From positions 96,001-160,000 of the forward strand of contig OZ219815.1 in the NCBI GenBank assembly GCA_964291235.2: 64,000 nucleotides of DNA. Direction: 5' to 3'. The notes under the pieces were generated by a model. That model saw only the letters and a program-made list of their open reading frames with translations, did no database searches and had not been told where the DNA came from. Made by a program: the position numbers and the translations under genes. Positions 49,113-59,794 of this stretch are shown here, in pieces; the first letter of the stretch is position 1; each line of letters opens with the position of its first letter. The DNA is from Vicinamibacteria bacterium. Its GTDB lineage: Bacteria > Acidobacteriota > Vicinamibacteria > Marinacidobacterales > Marinacidobacteraceae.

Positions 49113-49679
49113 CTAATCCAGGCTGCCGGTCTCGATGAGCTTGCCGATTTCCTCGTTCAGGATGTCGCCGACGGCGCCGAGATAGCGCTTCACGAGCTTT
49201 CCGTCGCGATCGATGAGGTACTTGGTGGGATAGCCGAGGAAGGGTCCAAACGAATCGCGAACCTCGTTGGAGCCCATGACGTTCGGATAGGTCAGGCCCT
49301 TTTCCTCCAGAAACGGCGCGACCTTGTCGGCGTCCCCGGACTCCAGAACGATCCCGAGCATCAGGAAGTCGTCGTCGGGAAGCGTCTCGGAAAGCTCCTG
49401 GAGGTGCGGCAGTTCGGCAACGCAGGGGACGCACCAGGTGGCCCAGAGATCCACCAGCACGACTCTCCCCGCGCCGTCGCCGCGCAGGCTCACGTCCCCG
49501 CCGCCCTCGACCCGCGGCAGGGTGAGGTCGGGAGCGTCGGCAGCCATGCCGCCGGCTCCGCCTCCCGCTCCCGGCGGGGGAGGGCCGCAGGCAGAAAGGA
49601 CGAGCAGACCCGTCAGCAGGATCGCGAACCCGGAGGCGTTCGGTGGGGGTGGGTTCTGGGGAGCGCGCATGGTGGTCAT
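49113..49679 (-). CDS. TlpA family thiol-disulfide oxidoreductase, lipoprotein
   Basis: LSAC lipobox, DLWATWCVPC, YPTKYLIDRDG. Confidence 0.9.
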   Translation of the reverse strand: MTTMRAPQNPPPPNASGFAILLTGLLVLSACGPPPPGAGGGAGGMAADAPDLTLPRVEGGGDVSLRGDGAGRVVLVDLWATWCVPCVAELPHLQELSETLPDDDFLMLGIVLESGDADKVAPFLEEKGLTYPNVMGSNEVRDSFGPFLGYPTKYLIDRDGKLVKRYLGAVGDILNEEIGKLIETGSLD

Positions 49680-49693
49680 CCTCCGTCGTCTGG

Positions 49694-50080
49694 TCAGCGC
49701 GGCGGCTGGAGCGTCCGCAAGTAGTGGACGACCTGCCAGCGCTCTTCGTCGCTGAGCGTCCGGGCCATACCCGGCATCGGCTTCTTGCCCTCAGTGATCT
49801 TGTAGAACATTTCCCCGTCGGTCATTCGGTCCCGTGCTTCGGCGGTCGAAATGTCGGCCGGCGCGGGGCGGATGAACCGGGTGGCCTTGCCGTCGCCCTT
49901 GCCGGTATCGCCGTGGCAGGAGGCGCAGCGAGCGCCGTAGGACTCCCCACCGGCGGCCAGCGCCTCGTCGGAGAGCGGGACCGGATTCTCGATGGCCCGG
50001 GCTTCCTCCGGAACCTCCCAGACCTCCTGCGGACTCGCCGCGGAGACGGACAACAGGGAAAACAGAAACAACGTCGGCAT
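49694..50080 (-). CDS. Monoheme cytochrome c
   Basis: Signal peptide, CASCHG, DGEMFYKITEG, MPG. Confidence 0.88.
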   Translation of the reverse strand: MPTLFLFSLLSVSAASPQEVWEVPEEARAIENPVPLSDEALAAGGESYGARCASCHGDTGKGDGKATRFIRPAPADISTAEARDRMTDGEMFYKITEGKKPMPGMARTLSDEERWQVVHYLRTLQPPR

Positions 50081-50102
50081 GGGGTACCCCGCAGAGGAAA
50101 CG

Positions 50103-50834
50103 TCAGCCAAGCACCGGAAGGAAAGTCAGGTACTGCGAAAGCGCCTGGAGGCTGTCGGTGAAGACCAGCACGCCGATCACGACCAGCAGGATGCCGGCAA
50201 CGATTTCGACAGTCCGCATGTGGCGCTTCGCCTTCTTCGAAAACGCAAAGAACCGGTCCACCGCGATCCCGGTCAACAGGAAGGGAACGCCGAGGCCGAC
50301 CGAGTAGGCGCTGAGCAGGATGATGCCCTGGTTCACCGTCTCGTAGTTCGCCGCCACCACCAGCACGGTGGCCAGAATCGGGCCGATGCAGGGAGACCAG
50401 CCGAACGCGAAGGCGAGGCCGATCCCGAAAGACCCGAGCAGGCTGACCGGTTCCCGGTTCGAGTGGAAGCGCTTCTCGACGTTCAGGAAGGGGATCTTGA
50501 GCACCCCCATCACGTGCAGGCCGAACAGCACGATGACCGTTCCGGCGATCCTGCCGAGAAAGACCCGGTTCCCGGCGAGCCACTGCCCCATATACGTCGC
50601 CGACGCTCCCATGGCCACGAAGACGATCGAGAACCCGAGTACGAACGCAACGGTGTTGACAATCACCCGGCGCCGGCGGATGGCGGCATCCTTCTCTCCG
50701 GCCCCCTCCGCCAGTTCGCTCAGCGAGGCTCCCGATACGAAGGAGATGTATCCAGGCACGAGCGGGAGCACGCAGGGCGACAGGAACGAGATCACGCCGG
50801 CGCCCGCGGCGGTTAGCAGAGTGAAAATGTCCAT
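50103..50834 (-). CDS. ccdA: Cytochrome c biogenesis protein CcdA
   Basis: SFLSPCVLPLVPGY and FGWSPCIGPIL. Confidence 0.92.
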   Translation of the reverse strand: MDIFTLLTAAGAGVISFLSPCVLPLVPGYISFVSGASLSELAEGAGEKDAAIRRRRVIVNTVAFVLGFSIVFVAMGASATYMGQWLAGNRVFLGRIAGTVIVLFGLHVMGVLKIPFLNVEKRFHSNREPVSLLGSFGIGLAFAFGWSPCIGPILATVLVVAANYETVNQGIILLSAYSVGLGVPFLLTGIAVDRFFAFSKKAKRHMRTVEIVAGILLVVIGVLVFTDSLQALSQYLTFLPVLG

Positions 50835-51058
50835 GGTTTCCCGAATGGCGCTACTCCCGCGGGCGGCCCGGCGACCGGGGCTCCGGCGCTGGAGATAGCC
50901 GCTCCGGCGAAAGGCGCGAAGCCGCCGAATCGTATCCCGTACAGCGACGGGACGCCGGAAGGCATCGTTCGGGCAGCCGCCCGACCGTCTCCACGCCGAC
51001 TTTTCCACAATCCGCGCCGCGGCGGGAAGAAACCGCCGGAGTCTGCGTCTCTTCTTTC

Positions 51059-52687
51059 ATGCGACAGACCGAGGATTCCGATACCAGCAGGCGCACGCGC
51101 ACCGGCCGGCTGCTCGCCGTCACCCGCACGGGGACGGTGCGCGGTGTCGAAGGATTGCTGATTCGGGTCGAAGTGGACCTCCAGCGCGCCGATCGGTGCT
51201 CGTTTCGCACCGTGGGTTTGGCGGACACCGTGGTCCGGGAAGCGCAACTCCGGGTCCAGGCGGCGCTCAGGAACAGCGGGTTCTATCTCCCGAGCGGGCA
51301 CGTCGTGGTCAATCTGGCTCCCGCCGGCGTCCGGAAGGAAGGCGCCGGATTCGACCTGGCGGTGGCGCTCGGCATCCTCGCCGCCACCGGGGTGGTGCCC
51401 CGGCGCCGTCTCCCGGACACGCTCCTGATGGGCGAGCTCGCGCTCGACGGTTCGCTGCGGCCGGTCCCCGGCGGTTTGCCCGTTGCGTGGGAAGCGGCCG
51501 CGGCGGGAATGCGCGCCGCGATCGTGCCTCCCGATAACGCCGCCGAAACCGCCATGGCGACCGGAATCCGCGTCTATCCCGCTTCCAGCCTGCAGGCGGC
51601 GGCGGATCTGCTCGCCGCCGAATCCTCGCCTGCACCCTTCCGACCCCCGGCCAAGGCCCCCGCCGCATCGCGCTCGGGGGTGGACCTCAGCCAGGTTCGG
51701 GGGCAGCCGCGGGCCCGACGAGCTCTCGAAATCGCCGCGGCCGGGGCTCACAACCTCCTGTTCGTCGGACCACCGGGAAGCGGCAAGACCCTCCTGGCCG
51801 GAATCCTTCCGGATCTGCTTCCCGAGCTTTCGGTCGAGAAGGCAATGGACGTGGCGCGGATCCGTTCCGCGATCGGCCAACCGCTGTCCGGCCCTCCGGA
51901 GCATCCTCCGTTTCGTGCGCCGCACCACACGATCTCCTATGCGGGCATGGCGGGCGGCGGACCGGGACCCCGTCCCGGAGAGGTGACCCTCGCCCATCAC
52001 GGAGTGCTGTTCCTGGACGAACTCCCCGAGTTCCAGCGGCCAGTCCTGGAGTGCCTTCGCCAGCCCCTCGAGAGTGGGGACATTCACGTAGGCCGAGTCC
52101 GCCATTCGGTCCGCTTCCCGGCAGCGTTTCAATTGGTGGCGGCCATGAATCCGTGCCCCTGCGGATTCCATGGCGAGGGAGGAAGACCGTGCCGCTGTCC
52201 TCCCGCTTCCGTGGCCCGCTACCGGGCCCGCGTCTCCGGGCCCCTGCTGGACCGGATCGATATCCATCTGGCGGTGCGACCGGTAACCTCCGGCGATGTT
52301 CTGGGGCCGGCGTCCGGGGAGCCGACGGCCACCGTGCGGGAGCGGGTGCACCTCGCTTACCGCATGCGGGAGGAGCGATTCGGAGTGGGGTCCTCGCCCG
52401 CCCGGATGTCGGTCACCGAATTGAAAAAGGCATCGGCCTCCGGCTCGTTCCGCTCGCTCGTTTCCTGGGCGATGGATGGACTCGGCATGTCGGCGCGCGG
52501 CATCACCCGCGCCTTCCGGGTAGCGCGGACCATCGCCGACCTCGCCGGAAGCGGCGCCGTCGAACCGTTGCACTTCGAGGAAGCGATCCAGTTCCGGGCG
52601 GCCGCCGAGCTGAGCGAGCCCGGGTCCGCCGGACTCCGGTTGCCCGGCGGGGCTTCCGAGACCAGCGCCATCGGGGGCAGTGCATGA
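51059..52687 (+). CDS. YifB/ComM family Mg-chelatase-like AAA ATPase
   Basis: VNLAPA, GPPGSGKT, PFRAPHH, GVLFLDE, MNPCPCG, SGPLLDRID. Confidence 0.92.
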   Translation: MRQTEDSDTSRRTRTGRLLAVTRTGTVRGVEGLLIRVEVDLQRADRCSFRTVGLADTVVREAQLRVQAALRNSGFYLPSGHVVVNLAPAGVRKEGAGFDLAVALGILAATGVVPRRRLPDTLLMGELALDGSLRPVPGGLPVAWEAAAAGMRAAIVPPDNAAETAMATGIRVYPASSLQAAADLLAAESSPAPFRPPAKAPAASRSGVDLSQVRGQPRARRALEIAAAGAHNLLFVGPPGSGKTLLAGILPDLLPELSVEKAMDVARIRSAIGQPLSGPPEHPPFRAPHHTISYAGMAGGGPGPRPGEVTLAHHGVLFLDELPEFQRPVLECLRQPLESGDIHVGRVRHSVRFPAAFQLVAAMNPCPCGFHGEGGRPCRCPPASVARYRARVSGPLLDRIDIHLAVRPVTSGDVLGPASGEPTATVRERVHLAYRMREERFGVGSSPARMSVTELKKASASGSFRSLVSWAMDGLGMSARGITRAFRVARTIADLAGSGAVEPLHFEEAIQFRAAAELSEPGSAGLRLPGGASETSAIGGSA

Positions 52688-53130
52688 GCGACGGGCCCGA
52701 GAGCGCGGCACAGGAGGATCCCGTGCTGGTCGAGGCCGCCCGGCTGTTCAACGACCGCGACTACTACGAGAGCCACGACGTACTCGAAGAAGAATGGGCC
52801 GGCGCCCGGGGAGTTCGGCGCGATGCCCTGAAGGCGCTCGTCAAGCTCGCCGCGGGGATGTACCACCTCCAGACCTCCGGATACCAGGGGGCCGAGAGCC
52901 TGCTCTCGAGCGGGTTGGAGGAACTCGACCGCCTCCCGCCGCAGGCGGCGCTCGTCGAGGCGGCCCCCCTGCGGGATCCGGTCAGGCGCTGTCTGGAGAA
53001 AATCAGGACCCTGAAGTCCGGGGGCGCCGTCGAGTGGTCGGAAGGTGATCTTCCCCGGCTTCGCGCCCTGCCTGGCGAATCGGCGCGCCGGATCCGGGCA
53101 GCAGAAGCAGAACCCGGGCAGGGGGCTTGA
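52684..53130 (+). CDS. DUF309 domain protein
   Basis: LFNDRDYYESHDVLEEEW and AAGMYH; ATGA overlap with the upstream gene. Confidence 0.85.
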   Translation: MSDGPESAAQEDPVLVEAARLFNDRDYYESHDVLEEEWAGARGVRRDALKALVKLAAGMYHLQTSGYQGAESLLSSGLEELDRLPPQAALVEAAPLRDPVRRCLEKIRTLKSGGAVEWSEGDLPRLRALPGESARRIRAAEAEPGQGA

Positions 53131-53169
53131 ATTTTGGGACCCACGCCGTCAGAATCCGGGCCTAACTCT

Positions 53170-54108
53170 ATGTTCGGGCGCGCTATATCTGCATTCCGAC
53201 GGCTTGTCGGACGTGGTCCGTCCCGGGGAAGCGCTGCGGATTCGGTGGGAATCCCCACCCGAATCATCGTGTTCGGCACCCGAAACCACACGCCTCGCGA
53301 GGTTCGGATCGGTTCCCGCACCCGGTGGGCCGCCGCCTGCGCCGGCCTGGTGGCTCTTGGATTCGTCGGGCACTACGGCTGGCTGCTGCTCGGGCCGGCG
53401 CCCGGTGCCGGGATCCTGGCCGAAGAGCGCGACGCTCTCCGCGAATTGAATCGGGACTACGCCGAAGACACGGAACGGATGGCCAGCCGGATCGAGTCCC
53501 TTGAAGTCCAGATGCGCAAACTGGCCGTGCTCGCCGGAGCCGAACCGATTCCCACGCCGATCGGCGGCATCGGTGGCGCCGTGGGGAGCCCGGCCGGATA
53601 TGACTATGTGAGCGACCGGTTGGAGGATCTGTCGGGGAGGGTCGCGACCCTCGACCGCCAGAGCGTGGCGCTTGAACGGACGATGCGGGAGAAGAGCCAG
53701 TTGCTCGCTTCGACCCCGTCCATCTGGCCCATTCGCGGCTACATGTCGTCGGGGTTCGGACAGCGCAACGATCCATTTACCGGAGAAATCGAGCGGCACT
53801 ACGGGTTGGACCTGAATGCCAGCACGGGAACCCCGATCCGCGTCACGGCGGACGGGCTCGTCATCGAAACCTCCACGTCGCCGACCTACGGGAAATACGT
53901 GGTGGTTTCCCACGGATTCGGTACCGTGACCCGCTATGCGCACCTGTCCCGGATTGACGCTCGACGCGGCCAGCGGCTCCGCCGCGGGCAGGTACTGGGG
54001 CTCGTGGGGAACACCGGCCGTAGCCGCGCCCCTCACCTCCACTACGAGGTGTGGATCAACGAGCGCGCCCAGAACCCGCTGAACTACATCGTCGACTACA
54101 CGCCCTAA
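53170..54108 (+). CDS. M23 family metallopeptidase
   Basis: TM plus coiled coil, TPSIWP, HYGLD, TRYAHL, PHLHYE. Confidence 0.92.
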   Translation: MFGRAISAFRRLVGRGPSRGSAADSVGIPTRIIVFGTRNHTPREVRIGSRTRWAAACAGLVALGFVGHYGWLLLGPAPGAGILAEERDALRELNRDYAEDTERMASRIESLEVQMRKLAVLAGAEPIPTPIGGIGGAVGSPAGYDYVSDRLEDLSGRVATLDRQSVALERTMREKSQLLASTPSIWPIRGYMSSGFGQRNDPFTGEIERHYGLDLNASTGTPIRVTADGLVIETSTSPTYGKYVVVSHGFGTVTRYAHLSRIDARRGQRLRRGQVLGLVGNTGRSRAPHLHYEVWINERAQNPLNYIVDYTP

Positions 54109-54116
54109 GCGGGCAA

Positions 54117-54202
54117 GCGGTTGGGGAGCGGGGCGCTCCTCCCGGCGCGGTGCGAAGACAGCGTCGTTGTGACCGATGTGAAGCGCCCCGCTCCCCAACC
54201 GC
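54117..54202. repeat. Perfect 21-bp inverted repeat with a 44-nt spacer
   Basis: GCGGTTGGGGAGCGGGGCGCT (54117-54137) and AGCGCCCCGCTCCCCAACCGC (54182-54202). Confidence 0.75.
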
Positions 54203-54331
54203 CCGGCGCTTCGCGCCGCGAACCGAAACTCCCTTGCGCGCTAAAGCGCGCGGCGGCGAGTTCCGATTCGGTGTCTTCTTGTTGTGAAAGGGGGGATGCC
54301 CCCCTTTCACACTTTCCCCCCGGTCTCGCAG

Positions 54332-54360
54332 GCAGCGAACAAAGTTCGCTGCCATTTTTT
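54332..54360 (+). terminator. Candidate intrinsic terminator
   Basis: GCAGCGAAC-AAA-GTTCGCTGC 9-bp stem followed by CATTTTTT. Confidence 0.45.
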
Positions 54361-54398
54361 CGCGCTCGGGGATGAGCCACCGAAGAGAAGGCGGGCCA

Positions 54399-55332
54399 GT
54401 AGGAGCGCCGGCCTCCGGCCGCGAAACTCCCGTCGCTGATGTTCCCTGCTGCGCCGCAGCCCAACTCCGTGGCACAACGCGACTCAGGCGGACGAAGAGC
54501 GTCGCGCCGTCCCCGTTTGGGTTGACGCCGTCGAGGCTGACTGAGTCTGGGAGTTTCGCCTCGCGGTGCAGGAGCGCCGGCCTCCGGCCGGCATCGCGGC
54601 CGCAGGCCGCGAAACTCCCGTCGCTGATGTTCCCTGCTGCGCCGCAGTCCAACTCCGTGGCGCAACGCGACTCAGGCGAACGAAGAGCGTCGCGCCGTCC
54701 CCGTTTGGGTTGACGCCGTCGAGGCTGACTGAGTCTGGGAGTTTCGCCTCGCGGTGCAGGAGCGCCGGCCACAGGCCGCGAAACTCCCGTCGCTGATGTT
54801 CCCTGCTGCGCCGCAGCCCAACTCCGTGGCGCAACGCGACTCAGGCGGACGAAGAGCGCCGCGCCGTCCCCGTTTGGGTTGACGCCGTCGAGGCTGACTG
54901 AGTCTGGGAGTTTCGCCTCGCGTTGCAGGAGCGCCGGCCTCCGGCCGGCATCGTGGCCATAGGCCGCGAAACTCCCGTCGCTGATGTTCCCTGCTGCGCC
55001 GCAGCCCAACTCCGTGGCGCAACGCGACTCACGCGGACGAAGAGCGTCGCGCCGTCCCCGTTTGGGTTGACGCCGTCGAGGCTGACTGAGTCTGGGAGTT
55101 TCGCCTCGCGGTGCAGGAGCGCCGGCCTCCGGCCGGCATCGCGGCCGCAGGCCGCGAAACTCCCGTCGCTGATGTTCCCTGCTGCGCCGCAGCCCAACTC
55201 CGTGGCGCAACGCGACTCAGGCGGACGAAGAGCGTCGCGCCGTCCCCGTTTGGGTTGACGCCGTCGAGGCTGACTGAGTCTGGGAGTTTCGCCTCGCTTC
55301 GCTCGGCGATGCCAGCCGGAGGCTGGCGCTCC
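54399..55332. repeat. Tandem array of five ~188-bp REPIN-derived units
   Basis: GCGAAACTCCCGTCGCTGATG at 54421, 54609, 54778, 54966 and 55154 (periods 188, 169, 188, 188); begins GTAGGAGCGCCGGCC and ends with an inverted REP. Confidence 0.92.
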
Positions 55333-55432
55333 TGGCCGCGAAACTTGAGCCGAGACTGGCGGGCCGGCCCCGTCCGGGAACCGCTCGAGGGCCCCACGCT
55401 GCTAAATTGACCGGTTTACCCGGCTCCGACGA

Positions 55433-58234
55433 GTGTTTCAAAACGTCCTCACCAAGATCGTCGGGAAGAAATCCGATCGGGAACTGAAGCGGCTCGCGCC
55501 GCTGGTCGCTGGCGTCGGCGCTCTCGAGTCCGAAGTCAGGGAGCTTGAGGATCTCCAGCTAGCGGAGCGGATTCAGACGCTCCGCACGCGGGCGGAGAAC
55601 GGCGAGCCCCTCGAGGACCTCATGCCCGAGGTGTTCGCGGTCTGCCGCGAAGGGGCGCGACGCACCCTGGGAATGCGTCACTTCGACGTGCAGCTCCTCG
55701 GCGGCGCCATCCTGCACCGGGGCCGGATCGCCGAAATGAAGACCGGCGAGGGCAAGACCCTGGTCGCAACCCTGCCGGCGGTCCTGAACGCGCTCTCCGG
55801 GAAGGGCGTTCACGTCGTCACCGTGAACGACTACCTCGCCAAGCGCGACTCGGAATGGATGGGCCGGCTCTACCGCTTCCTCGGACTCGGCGTGGGCGTT
55901 ATCCAGCACGACCTGAGCGACGAAGAGCGGCGCGCCGCCTATGGCGCCGACATCACCTACGGCACCAACAACGAGTTTGGGTTCGACTACCTCCGGGACA
56001 ACATGAAGTTCCGCGCCGAGAACTTCGTCCATCGGACCTACCCGCGCACCGAAACCGACCGCGACGGCAAACAGGTGGAGCGGCTCTTCCACTACGCCAT
56101 CGTGGACGAAGTGGACTCGATCCTGATCGACGAGGCGCGCACCCCGCTCATCATCAGCGGCCCGGCGGAGGCCTCCACCGACCTCTATTACACGGTGGAC
56201 CGGGTGATCCCGAGGCTCCGGCGCGACCTCGACTTCACCGTGGACGAGAAGTCGCGTTCGGTGACGCTGACCGAGGAGGGCGTGCCCAAGGCCGAGGATC
56301 TCCTCCACGTCGACAACCTCTACGACCCGGGGCAGATGACGCTCCTGCACCATCTGCTGCAGGCGCTGCGCGCCCACGCCCTCTACAAACGCGAGAAGGA
56401 CTACACGGTGAAGGACGGCCAGGTCGTCATCGTGGACGAATTCACCGGGCGCCTGATGCCGGGCCGGCGGTGGTCCGACGGACTCCACCAGGCAGTGGAG
56501 GCCAAGGAGAACGTGAAGATCGAGCGCGAAAACCAGACGCTCGCCACCATCACCTTCCAGAACTACTTCCGCATGTACGGAAAGCTCGCGGGAATGACCG
56601 GTACCGCGGAGACGGAAGCCGTGGAGTTCGAAAAGATCTACGAACTCGAAGTCGTTCCCATCCCGACCAACCGAACGCTGGTCCGCGTCGAAGAGCCGGA
56701 TGTCGTGTACCGGACGGAGCGGGAAAAGCTGAACGCCATCGCCGAGGAGATCCAGACCGAGCAGCAGCGTGGCCGTCCCATTCTGGTCGGCACGACCTCG
56801 ATCGAAAAAAGCGAGCGGCTCTCACGCGTGCTCAAGCGCCAGCAGGTGCCGCACGTGGTGCTGAACGCGAAGTACCACCAGCGGGAAGCCGAGATCGTGG
56901 CCCAGGCGGGCCGGAGCGGCTCGGTGACGATCGCCACGAACATGGCGGGTCGCGGCACCGACATTCTTCTCGGCGGAAATCCCGACGAGATTGCCAAGGC
57001 GCGCCTCCGGAAGGAGGGAGTGGATTGGGCCGAGGCTCCGGCCGAGGTCTGGGAAGGCGCCGTTACCCGGGCCCGCGAGGAAACGAAGGCGGCGCACGAC
57101 GAAGTCGTCACCCTCGGCGGCCTCCACATCGTGGGCACCGAGCGCCACGAAGCCCGCCGCATCGACAACCAGCTTCGCGGACGCGCCGGCCGCCAGGGCG
57201 ATCCCGGCAGTTCCCGCTTCTTCCTCTCGCTCGAAGACGACCTGATGCGGATCTTCGGCAGTGACCGGATGAGCGGCCTGATGCAGCGGCTCGGTATGGA
57301 GGAAGGTGTCCCGGTGGAGGCGGGGATGGTGACCCGCGCCATCGAGCGCGCGCAAAAGCAGGTAGAAGCGCAGAACTTCGCCTACCGCAAGCACCTCCTC
57401 GAATACGACGACGTCATGAACAAGCAGCGAGTCGCGATCTACGGACTCCGCCGCCGGATCCTGGAAGGACAGGATCAGCGTGAGTACGTCCTCGATCTCG
57501 CCGCGGTCGCCGCGGATTCCCTCGTGGACACCTGGCTCTCGACCGAAACGGACCCTGACGACTGGGACTACCCCGGACTCCGCGAGGGCATCCGCGGCCA
57601 GTACGGCTTCATTCCCGAGCCGGCGAATGGAAACGCGTTCGAGGATCTGGGGCGCGAAGAGATGCGGTCGTTGCTCGCCGAGGCCGTCCCCCTCCGCTAC
57701 ACGGAAAAGGAAGCGGAGATGGGGTCCGACCTGATGCGCGTCCAGGAGCGCTACATCATGCTCCACATCCTGGATGCGCAGTGGAAGGACCATCTCCACG
57801 CGATGGACCACCTCAAACAGGGCATCGGACTCCGCGGCTATGGACAGCGCAACCCGCTCATCGAATACAAGAAGGAGTCGTTTGCGCTGTTCGAGGACAT
57901 GTGGGACCGCATCGAGAACGAGACCGTGCGGCTCCTCTTCGTGCTCAAGGCGGTCCGCGCCGCCCCGGCTCCGAAGCCACCTCCGCTGAGGCAGCGCCCG
58001 CTCGTGTTCAGCGGGGCGAGTTCCGAAGCCGGCGCCGGACTCGCCGCGGCGGGGGGCGGGGGCGGAGGTGTCCCGGCGCTGGCGCCCGGTCCGGGACCCG
58101 GTCCGGCGCCAGCCGCTGCCGGGACGGCGGGCGGGCGCTTCGTCCAGGTAAAGAGCGGCCAGAAGAAGGTCGGGAGGAACGATCCGTGTCCGTGCGGGAG
58201 CGGCAAGAAGTACAAGAAGTGCCACGCGGCGTGA
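55433..58234 (+). CDS. secA: Preprotein translocase subunit SecA
   Basis: [41 protein letters not shown]-terminal [18 protein letters not shown]. Confidence 0.98.
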   Translation: MFQNVLTKIVGKKSDRELKRLAPLVAGVGALESEVRELEDLQLAERIQTLRTRAENGEPLEDLMPEVFAVCREGARRTLGMRHFDVQLLGGAILHRGRIAEMKTGEGKTLVATLPAVLNALSGKGVHVVTVNDYLAKRDSEWMGRLYRFLGLGVGVIQHDLSDEERRAAYGADITYGTNNEFGFDYLRDNMKFRAENFVHRTYPRTETDRDGKQVERLFHYAIVDEVDSILIDEARTPLIISGPAEASTDLYYTVDRVIPRLRRDLDFTVDEKSRSVTLTEEGVPKAEDLLHVDNLYDPGQMTLLHHLLQALRAHALYKREKDYTVKDGQVVIVDEFTGRLMPGRRWSDGLHQAVEAKENVKIERENQTLATITFQNYFRMYGKLAGMTGTAETEAVEFEKIYELEVVPIPTNRTLVRVEEPDVVYRTEREKLNAIAEEIQTEQQRGRPILVGTTSIEKSERLSRVLKRQQVPHVVLNAKYHQREAEIVAQAGRSGSVTIATNMAGRGTDILLGGNPDEIAKARLRKEGVDWAEAPAEVWEGAVTRAREETKAAHDEVVTLGGLHIVGTERHEARRIDNQLRGRAGRQGDPGSSRFFLSLEDDLMRIFGSDRMSGLMQRLGMEEGVPVEAGMVTRAIERAQKQVEAQNFAYRKHLLEYDDVMNKQRVAIYGLRRRILEGQDQREYVLDLAAVAADSLVDTWLSTETDPDDWDYPGLREGIRGQYGFIPEPANGNAFEDLGREEMRSLLAEAVPLRYTEKEAEMGSDLMRVQERYIMLHILDAQWKDHLHAMDHLKQGIGLRGYGQRNPLIEYKKESFALFEDMWDRIENETVRLLFVLKAVRAAPAPKPPPLRQRPLVFSGASSEAGAGLAAAGGGGGGVPALAPGPGPGPAPAAAGTAGGRFVQVKSGQKKVGRNDPCPCGSGKKYKKCHAA

Positions 58235-58320
58235 CGACCCATGAATGAAATGACTCGGCCCGGTCCTTCAGGCGGGGGCGTGCGCGCTCACCTCACTTCG
58301 TCCACAGGCGATGGACACGA

Positions 58321-59781
58321 ATGACGGAACTGCCTGGTCTGCCGCGCCCGGCGCTGACCTTCGACGACGTACTCCTGCGCCCGCGGTACTCGGACGTGCT
58401 CCCCGCGGCCGCAGATCTTCAGACCCGTTTCAGCCGCAACATCGGGCTCGCCATTCCGATGGCGAGCGCCGCGATGGACACGGTCACCGAGGCGAGGCTC
58501 GCGATCGCGATCGCCCAGCTCGGAGGGATCGGAGTGATTCACCGCAACCTGTCCGCCGAGGCGCAGGCCGCCGAGGTCGCCAAGGTGAAGCGGTCGGAGA
58601 GCGGCATGGTCGTGGATCCGGTGACGGTCCCGCCCGACGCCCCAATTGCGGCCGCCCTCGAACTCATGGAGCGGCACAGCATCTCCGGGCTTCCGGTGAT
58701 CCAGGACGACCGCCTCGTGGGCATTCTCACCAGCCGGGACCTCCGTTTCGAAACCCGCTACGACCTCCGGGTCCACGAACTGATGACGCGGACGCCGCTC
58801 CATACCGCCCCGCTCGGCACGACTCTCGAGGAGGCCAAGGCCATCCTCCACGAGCACCGAGTGGAAAAGTTGCCGGTGCTCGACGAAGAAGGAGCCCTCG
58901 CCGGCTTGCTGACCGTCAAGGACATCCAGAAGGCCATGGCGTATCCGAACGCCACCAAGGACGCCCTGGGCCGGTTGCGCTGCGCCGCCGCCGTGGGGGT
59001 TGGAGACGGGGCGATCGCCCGCGCCCGACTGCTTGCGGAGCGCCAGGTGGACGCCATCGTGATGGACACCGCGCACGGTCACACCCAAAGCGGCCTGGAG
59101 ACCGTACGCCGGCTCAAGGCGGCGCTCCCCGAATCCGTGGACGTGGTGGCCGGAAACATCGCCACCCCCGAGGCGGCGCGCGATCTCATGGAAGCCGGAG
59201 CGGACGGGGTGAAGGTGGGTATGGGCCCGGGATCCATCTGCACGACCAGGGTCGTCGCGGGAACCGGGATGCCCCAGTTCTCCGCCATCCGCCAGGTCCA
59301 GCCCGCGGCCGAGGTGCCGGTGATCGCCGACGGCGGGATCCGGTTCAGCGGTGACATCGTGAAGGCGATCGCCGCCGGCGCGGAGTGCGTCATGGTCGGC
59401 AACCTGCTCGCCGGCAGCGACGAGAGCCCCGGCGAGACGATCCTCTTCCAGGGACGGACCTTCAAGAGCTACCGGGGCATGGGATCGCTCGGCGCCATGA
59501 GCGGCGAGTCGGCCGATCGCTACTACCAGGCCGGGCGTCCGGCTTCGAAGCTGGTCCCGGAGGGAATCGAGGGCCGGGTGCCCACCAAGGGCCCGCTCGC
59601 CGGGGTCGTCGAGCAACTCATCGGGGGTCTGCGATCCGGCATGGGGTACACGGGTTGCCGCACGATTCCGGAACTGATGCAGTACGACGACTTCGTTCAG
59701 GTGACCGGCGCCGGACACCGGGAAAGCCACGCACACGACGTCGTGGTCACCAAAGAAGCCCCGAACTACCGATTGGAATAA
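58321..59781 (+). CDS. guaB: IMP dehydrogenase
   Basis: [20 protein letters not shown] pair, [21 protein letters not shown]. Confidence 0.97.
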   Translation: MTELPGLPRPALTFDDVLLRPRYSDVLPAAADLQTRFSRNIGLAIPMASAAMDTVTEARLAIAIAQLGGIGVIHRNLSAEAQAAEVAKVKRSESGMVVDPVTVPPDAPIAAALELMERHSISGLPVIQDDRLVGILTSRDLRFETRYDLRVHELMTRTPLHTAPLGTTLEEAKAILHEHRVEKLPVLDEEGALAGLLTVKDIQKAMAYPNATKDALGRLRCAAAVGVGDGAIARARLLAERQVDAIVMDTAHGHTQSGLETVRRLKAALPESVDVVAGNIATPEAARDLMEAGADGVKVGMGPGSICTTRVVAGTGMPQFSAIRQVQPAAEVPVIADGGIRFSGDIVKAIAAGAECVMVGNLLAGSDESPGETILFQGRTFKSYRGMGSLGAMSGESADRYYQAGRPASKLVPEGIEGRVPTKGPLAGVVEQLIGGLRSGMGYTGCRTIPELMQYDDFVQVTGAGHRESHAHDVVVTKEAPNYRLE

Positions 59782-59794
59782 CGGAGAGCGCACC

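Noticed and set aside
54399-55332. CRISPR array
   Set aside because: Units are ~188 bp and nearly identical throughout; no unique spacers and no cas genes.
57960-58140. Gly/Pro/Ala low-complexity stretch in secA
   Set aside because: Falls in the normally variable linker before the zinc-binding tail.
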